Shown one piece after another: positions 24,568 through 39,842 of a DNA stretch of 64,000 nucleotides (position 1 is the first letter of the stretch; each line of letters starts with the position of its first letter). Source of the stretch: Octopus sinensis (Eukaryota); contig NC_043008.1 in NCBI RefSeq assembly GCF_006345805.1, positions 54,002,001 through 54,066,000 on the forward strand. The letters run 5' to 3'. The notes below the pieces were generated by a model that was given only the letters and a program-made list of their open reading frames with translations, did no database searches and was not told the DNA's origin. The position numbers and the translations under genes are program-made.

Positions 24568-25669
24568 TCTATACTATATTTTTATGTCAATAAGGATTTG
24601 TGAACCTGGCATAAAACCAGAAATGTTTTAGGAGAATCAAACACTTAATTAATACATATTTGCTTTTTTTTATCCTCAGGAAGCTAAAAATATATATATA
24701 TATTGGACCATAGAAGGTAAATGTTTGTAACTAATTACATCAAAGCATTTAAATGATGCTCAACCATTTCTTCCGATCTCCCATCCTGAATATTTTCATG
24801 ATTCTAACGATTGTACTAAATAAACTGTTACTGTTGTTGTGGTTATTGCTTAGCAGTTAATCACTTCTGATTATGTACAGTTTCCATCGTCGTCTATGCT
24901 GTGCCTTATTTCAAACATAGTGCGTCTAGTTTTACATTATCTAACGTGCATCTTCCTTTATAAGATAGTGGCGAGTAATTTGAGAGTTTTGCTTACTATG
25001 ATCGACATGTCAAGCAAGCATATAGGAGTTATTTTCCACCCCTCTCGCTCTCTCTCTCTCATTGATTCATACTGAATGAATATTTTCTGAACTATTGGTT
25101 TCTGGAAATGTATAACATTAATATTCTTTATACATTTTTGATTATCGCAATACAAAATATAACATTTCACTTCAAAGAAACTATTCTGATTCCTGCTTAA
25201 AAAAAAGTTAATTCACTTAATTTATTCAACAAAAAATATTTGAGAAATGCATGAACATCACACCATACCATTGTCAATCGTTAAAATTATTTTCTTCTTC
25301 TTGCTCTCAGGAGGATAAAATGAAGAAAATGTTTTGTAAAATTTCATTTCTTTTTCCTTTGTCTTTTGTTTTTCCCCAAGAATTTACTGACATTTTTCTT
25401 TTTCTGGTGTCTCTGTAAAGAAACAGGCAACAACAAACATAAAAGAAGCAACAACAACAACAACTACAAGAACCATCATTATCATCATCATCATCATCAT
25501 CATCATGAACAACAATAAGTAACAAAATGTAAAACAAAACCAGCTAAAATATTTGATAAAACATTTAGAAAAAAATATTTTCAAAAAAGCTTCTCTTCTC
25601 AGAAATGTCATCTAAGCATAAGTTTTGTCAGAAGAATCAATAGGAACCGAAAAAGCGATACATATACAT

Positions 25670-25671
25670 GC

Positions 25672-25702
<31 letters not shown>

Positions 25703-25714
25703 CATATGCATATA

Positions 25715-25778
<64 letters not shown>

Positions 25779-25812
25779 TATGTATGTGTATGTACATACA
25801 AATATATATACA

Positions 25813-25867
<55 letters not shown>

Positions 25868-26220
25868 CGTACACACATATATATATATATATGACATATA
25901 CATACACATACACATTCATATGAACATATGAACATATACATAATTATATATACACATATATATACACGTATATATACACACATATATGTGTATGTATAGA
26001 CGCATATATATGTATATAAATATACACACACGCATATATATACATGTATTTACATGTATATATATATATATACAGATATATAAATTTATATATATATGCA
26101 TATGTATATATATATATATATACATGCATATGTATATGTGTACACACACAGATATTTATATATAAATATATATATATTTATATATATATATATACATATA
26201 CATATAATTATGTATACATA
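25670..26220. repeat. Complex (TG)/(TA)/(CATA) microsatellite field
   Basis: Directly visible; source of many spurious ORFs. Confidence 0.97.
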
Positions 26221-26825
26221 CGTGTGTCTGTATTTATCTATAACTATATATATTAAATATTATGCACATACAAACACAAACACACAGACATACATACACT
26301 CATACACAAACACATATATATCCATATATAAGGGGAGAGAGAGAGCCACAGAGAGACAGAAAGAGCGAGAGAGGAGAGAATAAAAAGAAACAAGACAAAA
26401 TAATTTTCGATAACAGAATACTGTCCATGATATAAATCTTGATAAATATATATATCAAATTAATGTACATCCTTCTTCAGACATTTTCACATTTCAATTT
26501 TTCATTATATCAATCTTACGTTATTTCAAATGCTTCAATACTGAAATTTTCTGATATACGTTAAGAGTAATATAATCATGTCGTCCTTACTCTTCGTTTA
26601 ACCTTTCTTACTGTTTTGCTGTTTTATTATTTTTATTTTTTAGATTGGGTTCAATCATTGGTTACTGTACTGCTATGGTGTGTGGTAACGCCTTGAAGAT
26701 GTTTTTATCGACCATATTGATCTCAGTCTACTATACATTTTATCGCTCGGCATTTATCGAATCGCTAAGTTACGCTATTTTAATCCTATACTCGCTGCAC
26801 AACTTTAATCAAAATCACAAACAAG

Positions 26826-27348
26826 GTGGGATTGCAAAGGAGTAATTCACTTTGAATTGTTACCACCTAATGCAACAATCAATGCTCAAGTCTACTGTCA
26901 GCAATTAGAGCGTTTAAATCAAGCTTTGAAAAAAATAGAGCCGCTTTAGTGAATCGAAAAGGAGTGACGTTTCATCAGGACAATGCCCGACCCCCACTGC
27001 AAAGATCACATCACAGAAGATCGAAGAGCTTGGTTTGGAAAACATTCCTCAGCCACCTTATTCTCCCGACCTTGCTCCTTCAGACTACCATTTGTTTCGT
27101 AGTTTACAGAATCATTTTGGAGATATAACTTTCGCAAGCCATGAGGAGGTCGAAACTGACATTTCAGAGTTCTTCGCTTTGAAACTAAAAGAGTTTTACA
27201 TTGATGGGATTAAAAAGCTTGTAAATAGATGGAAGGAAGTCATAGATAATCAGGGAAAGTATGTTGATGATTAAATTTCAATTAAATACATTTGATCTCT
27301 AGTTTTCTTTATTCAGAATTAAGACAGAACTTATGGGATGATCTGATA
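26826..27348 (+). mobile_element. 5'-truncated mariner (DD34D) remnant with 3' TIR
   Basis: WDCKGVIHFELLP..TINAQVYCQQL..FHQDNARP(H)..PPYSPDLAPSDYHLFRSLQN..GKYVDD*. There are 34 residues between the D of DNARP and the last D of APSD after repairing one frameshift. Ends TTATGGGATGATCTGATA followed by TA. Confidence 0.92.
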
Positions 27349-28867
27349 TATGGCAGCTTGCTTAGTAGTTGGCTTCCCATTAACATGGTCCCAGGTTCAG
27401 TACCAATGCGTGGCACCCTGATGAAGTGCCTCGTGCAGATCAAATCATTATGAGTGGATTTTGCAGACGGAAAATGAAAGAATCCCGTCGTATATGCATA
27501 CACACACACATATACTAGAATTTTAAAATTTGCACGCTCAAAAGGTTTACATAATGTCATAATAAACCTTAAAAAGTATAGGACTAGCATTGTTGCTCAA
27601 AAGTATTGGAATCACTATATGTTGTACATTCTGTGGCATCTTAAAACGAAAGAGATTTATGTGTGAATTACGATGTCCCGTTAATTATTAAACAGAATTC
27701 TTAATATAAAAATTTGAAAACGTACAAAATATGATCTTTAACTTCGAATACGTAAATTCATTATAATACTCTTCATACCAAAGTATATAAGAAACATATT
27801 TCACGCAGCATGAAAATTACCATGATAATAAAAAAAAAACTGGATTTATGATATAGTCGAATCAATATAACAGCAAAAGTACGAAACCGAAATAATTATA
27901 AGATAATTCGCATTATGATACACATATTAATGGAATAGTTATGCGATTGAAGCAAATTATTACTAGATTATTTTTGATTGATTACTTGTGAATTTATAAA
28001 AATTATCATTCATTGATTGAATTATTACGTAAATATGACAGTACTTGTACACAATTGTTTTATTAAAATTGACTATACGATAATTTAACTTCATTAGTTT
28101 TTAATATAACCTAATTTCGATAAGCTAAACAAATTTCTTGTGATGAAAGGACGCCACAGAATGTACAACATATAGTTATTCCAATATTTCTGAGCAACAT
28201 AGCTAATCCCATCCATTTTAAAGTTTATTCTGACAGTCTGTGATCCTTTTGAGCGTGCGCATATTTCAGTTCTATTTTCGCACTTTTTAAAGCAATATTT
28301 AAGGTAAAATATTAAGGTAATATTTTATATATGTAGCGTATTTCTCCTAATGGTGTGGCATCCTCTAATAAACGCTGACCAATTGAAATAGTGTGAGTGT
28401 CACAATATTAAAAAAATGTACGATAAAATCGATAATAATTGTCGTATATGTTTATTATCATATGGACAGATACTGAACAGCAGCTACTATATTATAAGTT
28501 GTACTATAAAGAAATGTACTTGAAAAAATATCAATAATATTAATTTTTGGAAAACCATTAGCAAAATCTAAAACGCTATACCATGCAACGAAGGGAGGCG
28601 AAAATGAGTAAGACAACATTCTCGAAGACAACTGCATGTCAGACTATTGCACATTGGTTGACTGAATTGAAAATTAACCAATAAATCTTAATCACCATGC
28701 AAACGGCCACGTCCACCTTACACTTTCTTTGTGAGACATACAGTAGACTCGACTATTACATTCTGTTGTCGGTCACTGGGTGCCTGACAGATATATTCTT
28801 TTATTTTTTCTTTTATTTGTTTCAGTCATTTGACTATGGCCATACGCACATATGTGTGTGTGTGTGT

Positions 28868-28970
<103 letters not shown>

Positions 28971-31274
28971 GGAGGGAGGGAGGAATGTATAAGTACCCAC
29001 ACATACGTAGGCTGGCACACGTACACTCGCTCGTACGAACGCACATGCACATACACGCACACCGTCGGCTAAAAACGCAAAAAAATCCTACGCCTTTCTA
29101 CACTGTTGCTTTCTAAAGGTTATCGGTTGTTTAGTCATTCAAAATATCAACAGCTGCAATGTCAGTATTTATTTCCATATCTATGACTGTACAACCGCTA
29201 TATCTATACCAACCAGACCCAGTGAACCGCACACCAGACTCTGTGACTTCTCACCAACCGGGGTCGTATCACTATCCAGTAATAAGCGCTGACTTTATTA
29301 ATATCTCCTTAATTGTATATACGATAGTACGTGAGCCAAACTACGTGTGTATGTGTGCTTGTATGTACGTGTATTTTGTACGAGCGAGTATACTTGCTCC
29401 AGACGACGTATATGCGGGCGTTTGTACATCCATATGTATTAACGGTTATATCTAATACTTTTTCGCTGTATTGTGTATTTGTTTATTTTTCTAAATGATA
29501 TTTGTTATGGATCTTCTATGAGAAAGAAGCTGTATACCTTAATTTGCCACTTCTGTATTCAAAGACCCAGAAGAATTCTTGCTAAACAGAGTTTATTTTT
29601 ACGAGATACCTATTAATATTACCTGAGGAGACACATCTACACTAGTGGATACACCTAAACCAGATATTCAGGAACCCACCCGCGGGGGATCGATGGGTCG
29701 AATCAATAGCAGTGATCAATAAAGATTCTCGTATCTTCCATCTTCCATCGCTCTCATTAATCAAATACCCAACGAACACTGAGATAGTGAACGTGCTTTA
29801 CCAGCAAACTACCAGGTATATACAATACGATTCACTAACTTGTGCGTGCGTGTGTGTGTTGTGTGTGTATATTTTAGTTCAAATTATATGCATGTGCATA
29901 TATACATACATTTATAACGTACATAGACACACACATACATGCATACATACATACATACATACATACATACATACATACATACATACATACATACATACAT
30001 AAGCGTATAGCCTCTTCCTTGGACAAAAATCGGGGCAGTTTGACTCGTCTGAAAAAGCAGCCTAACACTGTGGAAACTCCAAAGTAGTAGGTCACTGGAC
30101 TCGACTCAGTCAACTACTGTACTTCAGCTTTGTATTGAGTACTTCTTTTCCGAATCGTTACTTAACTTCAAAAATAAATATATAAAGATGCATGTGTGTG
30201 TGTGAGTGCGTGTGTGCGGCTGTTTTTATATCAAATCCTGTTTAATAGAATTAAACATTAAATTAAATGAATACTGAATACTTTTTAGCAGCTTACGTAT
30301 TAATTTTTACAAGGCGTAGTTGACAGCGACTTCGAAGTAGTCAGGACTAGATAATCGTATGTGTTTTGTTTTATTATTATTTTAAAGTAAGGCGTGATTT
30401 GGAAAGTATTTTGCAAGAATTTCGAACGGCTGCGAAAAGGCTCTCTTTACTATAAGGTATTTGTGATTTCTAAAGTTGACTCAAAATAAAACATTTTGAA
30501 CACAGAGCAAACCTCATTAAGTGGATCTCAGTAATATATTGATTTACTCTTCAGATTTTACTAAAAGGATTACACACATTATTAAAAATATTTCACATAT
30601 CAATGATGCGTATTGATTTCTCTTATATCAGTGATGTATACTGACTGAGTCATCGATATTCTATACTGATTAGTGTAGACACGACATGGCAGAATGGTCA
30701 TGAATTTCTCTTCGGAATCAATGAGATCGATAGGGTAGGCAGAAACGTGGGGAAATCTATCGGGTGTATTTTAGTTGAGATTCAAAAGGTTCCGCCTTGT
30801 CACACTATGTGTTGTACTGTAACTCCGCCAGAAAATTGAATTAACAGCAGGAATGCTCAGCTACTTACACCACTTTTGTGTTAGGCAGTTTAGTAGATCA
30901 GTTGAATGCACATGTTCGAATCCAACGGAGATTTATTTTACTGATTTGACACATACCAACAGCATGTATACTCTTAAATTAAATTAATGATCAGTTCTAT
31001 ATTTAAGAGATGAGGAATTATGTACGACTAGAAAAGCTCTAGGACGCATCAGTTTTGTTGTCAGGTCTCCATGGCGTATAATTGACCGAGGTCACACAGG
31101 ACGCCAGTCTGTCGAGGGCTTACTCATTTACAGACGATTGAGCTGGAGCAACGTGAAATGAAGTGGTTTTTACAAGAACCTCTCGGTCAGTGAATCGAAA
31201 CCACGGTCCAAAGATTGTGAGTGCAAAACACTTTCCACTAAGTTACGTATCTTCACTTTAATATATGAAACCAG

Positions 31275-31590
31275 TGAAGGTGCATGGCTCAGTGTTTAGA
31301 GCGTCGGGTTCACAATCATAACGTCGTGAGTTCGGTTCCCGGACCGGGCTGTGTGTTGTATTCTTGAGCAAGGCACTTTATTTCATGTTGCTCCAGTTCA
31401 CTCAGCTTTAGAAATGGGTTGCGATGTCATTGGTGCTTAGCTGTACCAGCCTTTGCCTTTCTCTTGGATAATATCAGTGGCGTGGAGAGAGGAAACTGGT
31501 ATTCATGGGCGACTGCCGGTCTTCCATAAACGACCTTGCCCGGACTTGTACCGCGGTGGATAACTTTCTATATGCAATACCGAAGGGGCT
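31275..31590 (+). mobile_element. S4 tRNA-headed SINE with a Meta/V-like core
   Basis: TGGCTCAGTGTTTAGAGCG, GAGTTCGGTTCC, TTCTTGAGCAAGGCACTTTATTTCATGTTGCTCCAGTTCACTCAGC. Confidence 0.8.
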
Positions 31591-31984
31591 CTTTACCTTT
31601 TATTAATATATCATATATCAATGGTGGGTACTGATTTATCGTATGTAAAAGGTATATTCTGGTTTATCGTCTGTCAATGGTGGATATCGATTTTCATTCC
31701 AATCAATCATATTGAGAGAAAGTCTCTTCAGAACGCTCTTATCGTTACTCTTATCACCACGTTAAATATCTTTTATTCCGTCCATAAATTACAAAGGGTA
31801 AACAGTACAAATTATTAGCAAAATTAATTAGTGAAATATTTATTGAATAATTACAGGAACTTATCAAACTGAATGTATATAATCAAAGAAATTTTATGTA
31901 GCTACAACTATTCTAGCATTAGCGCGAAAATAACTGTAAACGTTCTATATAATATGTGTGAGTGTGTTAGTGTGCGTGTGTGTA

Positions 31985-32330
<346 letters not shown>

Positions 32331-33205
32331 AATATGGCTGTCTGGAGGGAAGTTTGCTTCGTAACCATGTGGTTTCGGGTGCATTCCCGCTGCGTGGCAC
32401 TTTTGGCCAATGTCTTCAACTATAATCTCGGGCTTACTAAAGTCTTGTAAGTGGATTTTGCCAGAAGGAAACTGCAAATAAGTTGAAATTGGAGAGTTTC
32501 AGAAAGCTTTGTGAAAGAAATTTAGTGAACAGGATCTCTGTCGTATGGATGTCTGCTGTTATTTGGTGATATATTCCATTCGCCATATTGTATAACCCCA
32601 CTGCCACCGTCTGGTGCTTGGAAACCAAGCTAATGGTCAGCCGATAATTTCCCTTTCCTTCACTTGTCGTGGAGGCTCTTAAGAGAGCCATGAATGCTGC
32701 CTACTCTTCTCGGAATAAACCATTCCAAAAATAAAAACCATAACAGATAAGAAGTTACTTAATTTTTAGTCGCTACGAAAAATATATCGTCTAACAGTTT
32801 TATATCTTTATTGCTATTGAATCTATAGTGTGTTTGGATTCAAGAGAAATGTTCTTGCCGTTATTTTGATGTTTCTGGATAAGAAGCAGCATTAGAATTC
32901 AATGGAAATATATTTAAGGTATTTACGATTAAAAGAAATGGGTTTCTGTAATGTGTTTGTGTGAACATTTGTATGCTTCTTTTAATCATAGACAAGATAG
33001 TTAAGATAACTACAGCTAACCAATAATAGTTATTTCGTGGCGAATAGTAGGAACTCTACTTTTGTATTACCTTCTCTTTCAATGGAAATATAAATAATCA
33101 TGATATGAAAGCTGATAGTAAATGCTTGGTTTATCTATTTTCGAAATGGAATATCATTTTGTAAATCAGAGTAAATACTTGCAATACTAATATGCTGCAA
33201 CCTTT

Positions 33206-33777
33206 AAGGCGTCTGCCGTTACGTTCTGAGTTCAAATTCCGCCGAGGTCGACTTTGTCTTTCATCCTTTCGGGGTCGATAAATTAAGTACCAGTTACGCA
33301 CTGGGGTCGATGTGATCGACTTAATCCCTTTGTCTGTCCTTGTTTGTCTCATCTGTGTTTAGCCCCTTGTGGGTAGTAAAGAAATAGGTATTTCGTCTGT
33401 CTTTACGTTCTGAGTTCAAATTTCGTCGAGGTCGACTTTTCCTTTCATCCTTCCGTGGTCGATAAATTAAGTTTCGTACTGGGGTCGATTTAATCGACTG
33501 TCTTCCTTCCCTAATATTTCGAGCCTCGTGCCTAGAGTAGAAACAAATTGCTTAGCGATATTTCGTATTTATGTTCTGAGTTCAAATTCCCCCGAGGGCG
33601 AATTTTGCCCTTGGTCCTTTTAGGTTCGATAAAACAAATACCAGTTGAAAACTGGGTTAGTCTAATCAACTTAGACCCTTCGTCGAAAATACTGTCCTTG
33701 TACGAAAATTTGAAATAAGGCACCGAACTGGCAGTATCGTTAGCACGCCGGGTCTTGTACCTAAATTTGAAACCAAT
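33206..33777 (+). mobile_element. S1 SINE tandem/nested multimer (A-tail, B-tail, third unit, partial fourth)
   Basis: A tail ...GTAGTAAAGAAATA joins GGTATTTCGTCTGTC at 33387. B tail CCTAGAGTAGAAA at about 33531 joins another body. Confidence 0.85.
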
Positions 33778-34311
33778 ATACGGCAAACTGCGAACTCGTA
33801 GGCTATAAAAACGGGGTGACTGATGTGAATACTCTAAGAGACGATCGCATTAATTCTTATATCCAAAAAACCTAGCTACCGAGAAATAGCGTTCGAATCA
33901 CTATAATTCTTCAATTCATTTTCAGCTTTATTTCCTCGAAAAGTCCATGCAACCTCATGTTAGATTCCTTCAATGGGAATTCAATAATTTTAAATGTCTT
34001 AATCCAAAATAAATACCTCTCGGTTTACAATTTCTTTCATTACAACTTATTTGTCCAAGAATCATGCAACAGAGTCTAAATGTCTTTACGAACGTTTACC
34101 AAAAAAGTAACAAACACTGATATTATTGATTTTTAAATTCTTCTTTATTTATTTATTATTTATTTATTTCTTCCTTCATATCTTTCTGTCTTTCTTTTTT
34201 CTTTCTTTCTCTCTGTATGTCTTTCTTCCTTTCTTTCTGTCTCTCTTTTCTTTCTGTCCTAAGAATAAGCTAGTTCAAGTTTTATTCTCTAGCGATGGTC
34301 AGACAAATATC

Positions 34312-34429
34312 TTTATTGATTTATCGATGAATTCCGACATGCGTATAAAAGAATTCTTGTTATCTCATGAATGAGATGCAACTAGTCGATGATGATGCAT
34401 CTTTATTTTCCATCTTGGTACTTTGGCAT
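34312..34429 (+). repeat. 118-bp direct repeat, copy 1 (copy 2 at 37038-37188)
   Basis: Two substitutions between the copies over about 110 bp. Confidence 0.95.
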
Positions 34430-35718
34430 CGGTTCAAATGCGGAAATTCTATAGGGAGGGAAAGGAAATATTGTTGTTTTTTCATTTAGCTAAGTAAATG
34501 ATACAATCCAAAGGTTTTGGGTAATACATCAAAATTTAAATTTTCAAACTGGAAATATTTTCTTTGTTTCCCGTAATTCCGTAATACGCTTCTGTTTATC
34601 GTCCATATAAACGGAGCCGTCTTTAATTTTTGCCTAATCCCTCCCACCTTCACCCCCAAAAATGCGGTTTATTGATATAATGGATGACAACAAAATCTCT
34701 TTAAACACTGGCAGGAACTGAGAAAAGTTTTAGGAAGATATTTTATTTCCAGTTGCGCATAAAGAGTATCTCTGATTCTAGTAGAAAGTTTCTCTATTTT
34801 TTTCCACTTGACATATACGTATTCAGAAACCATTGATAAGTACAATGTTACGTCAGCATTGACTCAAAAGCTATATCCGATTATATTTAATGTCAATTTA
34901 TTGATGGGAGGCTCTTTGAAAGTATTGCAGTAACTCATACAATCAATTTCAAACAACGAAAATAACGGCTATTTGATTGTGTCCCCTCCAAGTTAAATTA
35001 ATGTCAAGAGAACGTATACATAGAACAGAGGAAAATAAAAACAGATACCTAGAGATAAGAGGTTTAGTCTGCTCAAAGAAAAGTAAAAAGTTCTGCAATA
35101 TGGTCCGATAATTCCGTTTGATCAAAGTACTTTGTGATAACTTATTAATAGACAAAAACCGTTGGAAAAGTACTTTGAGTATGACAACGACAAAATCTGC
35201 CTTATCTTTCGTTGCACAAGAATCGATATTAACGGTGGTTTGAAAATTACGTTTTATCAATTTATTACAACTTGTTTCACTCGAGAAATAAAATTAAAAA
35301 AAACAAGAATCGCTATCTTTATTTGGAAATGTTAATTATTGGTTTGCTTCAGTAAAGACACAAATTCAAGTTGCAGGAGAGCATTGGAATTACCCAATTG
35401 TATTGCTGGCACTTATTGTAGCAATGCTTCAGAGCTGAATACCAAAGTTAGTCTCGTGTATTCCTATTACTGTTCAGAATACGTCGTTTTGTATCTTGTT
35501 TACTAGTTTCTTTATGTGAACATAATGCTCACATAATTTATATCGAGTGTACGTTTAAGTTTATCATTAGAACAACAACAAATCTGGGAACAGTCATTTT
35601 AGTGGCATAATGGTATATATTTGCAGTTAACAGGGATGACCAAGAAGCACTTAAGCTTCATCTTGCCTATAGACTCTGGACGCATTCTATTATATGTTCA
35701 GTATACGTTTTATTCGTA

Positions 35719-36028
35719 GAGGCGCAATGGCTCAGTGGTTAGGGCAGCGCACTCGCGGTCGGAGAATCGCGATTTCGATTCCCAGACCGGGTGTTGTGTG
35801 TGTTTATTGAGTGAAAACACCGAAAAGCTCCACGAGGCTCCGGCAGGGGGTGGTGGCGACCCCTGTTGTACTCTTTCGCCACAACTTCTTCTCACTCTCT
35901 CTTCCTGTTTCTTGAGTAACGCTGCGATGGACTAGCGTCCCGTCCAGTTGGGGGGAAAACATACGCCACAGAAACCGGGAAACCGGGCCCATGATCCTGG
36001 CTGGGCTTGAAAAGGGCAAAAGAAGAAG
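35719..36028 (+). mobile_element. S2 SINE head and body with an alternative 3' tail
   Basis: Head matches 951-1331 and 37707-38078, then diverges after CTTCCTGTTTC into TTGAGTAACGCTGCGATGGACT... Confidence 0.85.
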
Positions 36029-37037
36029 ATCTGTTTTATGCTATTATTATCAGACGCACAGTTCAAACATAAAATTCGATTTCCAAACAGGGTAAGATAA
36101 TTTACTGATATCAATAGTAGAAACCTTATTTTCCCGAATTTCCCATAGCAAGGGATCACTGGGAAGTGACATAGAAGAACAGGTACCTTGCAATTCTGAA
36201 CGGGGGAGTCACTGAATAGAGAGAAGGACTGAAAATGTTGCAGGACTGTGATTGGCCAGGACTGTTTTACTCGAAATAATCAACGTTTGAGTGCATTTAC
36301 TGCCGATGGCGGCCGATGCAGAGCAGGAAGCGCGCCAACCAGTCCTGTTATATTTGGGAGAAAGAGAAGTGTGTAAAATATGGATGCGTAGGGCACAGCC
36401 GTGAATAACTGTAGCTCCATCTAAATCACACTATACTGTCTGCAAAACTGAAACTGCAGATTAAATAATAGTTCTATATATCTTTCAAGAGGTAATGTGA
36501 CCATCGGTCAACGCAATCAGAATTAAAGTTTGGACTATAAAACAACAAATCTGAGAGCAACCATCTCAGTGACATACTGGTAACAGAGATGCCCAAGAAA
36601 CACTTCAGCCTCCTCTTGCCAATATACTCCGGATGCATTGTCGCTGGTAATGTTTGAATAGCCGAGCTTTCGACAGTATATATGGAATTCAGTGAACTGT
36701 GCTACCGAAAGGGATCAAAGGCTCTCCCTGATCCAGAGGCTCGTAAGACTGGTATCGTAGATTCTGTAGCGTAAATGCATTTACTCGTGGGCGGGACACC
36801 GGACACCAGTTCATTGCTGGATTATTCATATTTGTTACCTGATTGGACTATAAAACAAGGAAATTTTTTTTTTCAAGAACAAAATGAATCATCCGGTCCA
36901 TGGATTAAAACCACGATCTTATAATCAAGTGTGCATCGCCCTAACGACAAAGCCACGTGCCTCCACGAACTGCGTGTATTATTCACATTTACGCACACAG
37001 ACACACTCACATTCATACTCATATATCTATTGATTTT

Positions 37038-37188
37038 TTTATTGATTTATCGATGAATTTCGACATGCGTATCGATGATTTATCGATGAATTCCGACATG
37101 CGTATAAAAGAATTCTTGTTATCTCATGAATGAAATGCGACTAGTCGATGATGATGCATCTTTATTTTCCATCTTGGTACTTTGGCAT
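37038..37188 (+). repeat. 118-bp direct repeat, copy 2, with an extra partial tandem copy of its first 35-40 bp or so
   Basis: Directly visible. Confidence 0.95.
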
Positions 37189-37303
37189 ATATACAAAAAT
37201 ATATAAACACACACACACACATACACACACACACACACACATATATATATATGTATATGTAAGTACATATATACACATATATGTGTATGTGCGTGTGTGT
37301 GTG

Positions 37304-37352
<49 letters not shown>

Positions 37353-37576
37353 GTATACATAAAAATAACTGATGATTTAACTGCTTTGCTTAAACGTCAT
37401 ATTGCAGCATAGAATATATCCTCATATTTTACCCAAGATTATGTAATAATGAAATGTAAAACATTTTGCAATTATGTAATATATATATGTCATGTATATG
37501 TGTGTGTATGTTTATGTGTGCATGTATATATGTATGTGTATGTGTACATATATTTATATAAATATATATATATGCA

Positions 37577-37658
<82 letters not shown>

Positions 37659-37706
37659 TATATATGTACATATATGTGTTATATGTATGTATGCATGTTT
37701 CAAGAA

Positions 37707-38078
37707 GCACTCCGTCGGTTACGACGACGGGGGTTCCGGTTGATCCGATCAACGGAACAGCCTGCTCGTGAAATTAACGTGTAAGTGGCTGAGCACTCCA
37801 CAGACACGTGTACCCTTAACGTAGTTCTCGGGGATATTCAGCGTGACACAGAGAGTGACAAGGCCGGCCCTTTGAAATACAGGTACAACAGAAACAAGAA
37901 GTAAGGGTAAGTTGTGGTGAAAGAGTACAGCAGGGATCACCACCTTCCCTGCCGGAGCCTCGTGGAGCTTTTAGGTGTTTTCGCTCAATAAACACTCACA
38001 ACGCCCGGTCTGGGAATCGAAACCGCGATCCTACGACCGCGAGTCTGCTGCCTTAACCACTGGGCCATTGCGCCTCCA
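37707..38078 (-). mobile_element. Full-length S2 SINE with GTATGCATGT TSD
   Basis: Near-identical to 951-1331. GTATGCATGT occurs on both sides. Confidence 0.92.
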
Positions 38079-39642
38079 CCGTATGCATGTATGTATGTAA
38101 ACACATACACAAACCTAAAAATGCATATTTGTATAAATGTGTGGCTATATAAATGCGTGTATATATAAGTGTGTGTATATATGTTCGTTTATATATGTTA
38201 ATGTTATGTGTGCGTGTGCGTGTGTGTGTGTGTTTGTGTAGATATACACAAAACCACTAATTTTACTTATTAGGTATTAAATAATCTTGTAACATTGTTC
38301 CTTATATATTCACTGCAATCATGCTGTTTTCTCGATTACCGCTACTTTAGATCAAATAAAATATTTGATGGCATTCAACCATGAAAATTTCATAATGACA
38401 AGGAATACATCATATCTGACATCTTCTAGTAAATAAATAAGTAAATGAATAGACAAATAGATGAATAAAATATAGGAAAGCAATAAGAACTATGCACTAA
38501 TCAATATGGTATCCATTTTAGAAGATTTGTTACTCGGAATATATTCGTCTCGTGGTTAAAAATACAAGCAAAAATTATGTTAGGGTGTTTTCATGTTTGA
38601 AAACAGAATGAAAATTAATATAGAATATGGAGTATGATGGATATTACAAAATTCTATTTATGGAAAATGCTTTTAGCTTGAATTTTTAACCACCATTTAA
38701 TGAAAACAAAATTTTAATAAACATATGAACTAAAGATTGTGGTAGTTGTAAAAGGAAAATAATAGAAAACAACCTATAAAATGCTAAGAAATCTTCCAAA
38801 TTTAGTGGTTTCGTTTGGTAATGCTTAAGACATCAATAGCAACAACGGAAATTGTAGTTAAAATAATTCCATGATTCAACTCAAGTTAATTATACTAATA
38901 CGTGAGGCATATCCTTGTAATTCCTTTTCTCCGGTTTACGGCTGCATAAACATTTCACAGCTCACATTTCACTAACAGCTCACATTTCATCGAATAAAAT
39001 CAGTGAAAGAAGGCAATCTGTTGAGAGAGCTTAGAAGTAATTTCATAAATTTCGGAAAATTTCTTTTAAATTTTGTTTCATTATTATCTAAAGGACATGC
39101 TGACTTTCACATTTAGCATTTGAAATAAATCACATTCTGCTTGTAAATTAACAATTGACGATGCCAAACACCCGCTCTGTTTTTATGATTTAGTATTATT
39201 TCACGCAGTAATTCCGAAGAGTTTCGTCTTTTGTAATCCAAAGTGTTTCTTTCCTTTTAAGCGAGGTTTACTCTCTCACTTAAAAACAAAACACAACGCA
39301 CTTTCTTTTTCTTACATCAGCATAAAATTAGAATGAGTGCATATAAACTGAAAATATTTCTCCCACGTATTCATGTCCGACCGAATTATCTCCCTTAAGG
39401 CCGCTATCCAATTTGCATTCTGTATCTTACGAGGACTGCTAAAAAAGTTAAAGTGTATCATTGAGAATTAAAACAAAACAGGAATAATCTTACTATACAT
39501 ATTGAGATTGACTACGTATAGTATGCAGTAATTGTCAGAGCATAACATCTATAGATAACATTTAATTCTCACTGGCATAGTTGTCTTAACAGTAAACTAT
39601 CTTAGAAGTGGAACGCAACATTGGAAACCAGTAGAAATACAG

Positions 39643-39807
39643 AAGTGGCTGTGTGGTAAGTAGCTTGCTTACCAACCACATGGTTCTGGGTTCAGTCCCG
39701 CTGCGTGAAACCTTGGGCAAGTGTCTTCTACTATAGCGTTGGGCCGACCGAATCCTTGTAAGTGAATTTGGTAGACGGAAACTGAAAAGAAGCCTGTCCT
39801 ATATATG

Positions 39808-39842
<35 letters not shown>

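Noticed and set aside
26645-26845. Hydrophobic 66-aa ORF as a membrane-protein exon
   Set aside because: It runs into the mariner remnant, whose first bases supply the apparent donor, and hydrophobicity is expected from T-rich DNA.
34312-37188. LTR retrotransposon defined by the two 118-bp repeats
   Set aside because: No TG..CA termini, PBS, PPT, TSD or gag/pol remnants.
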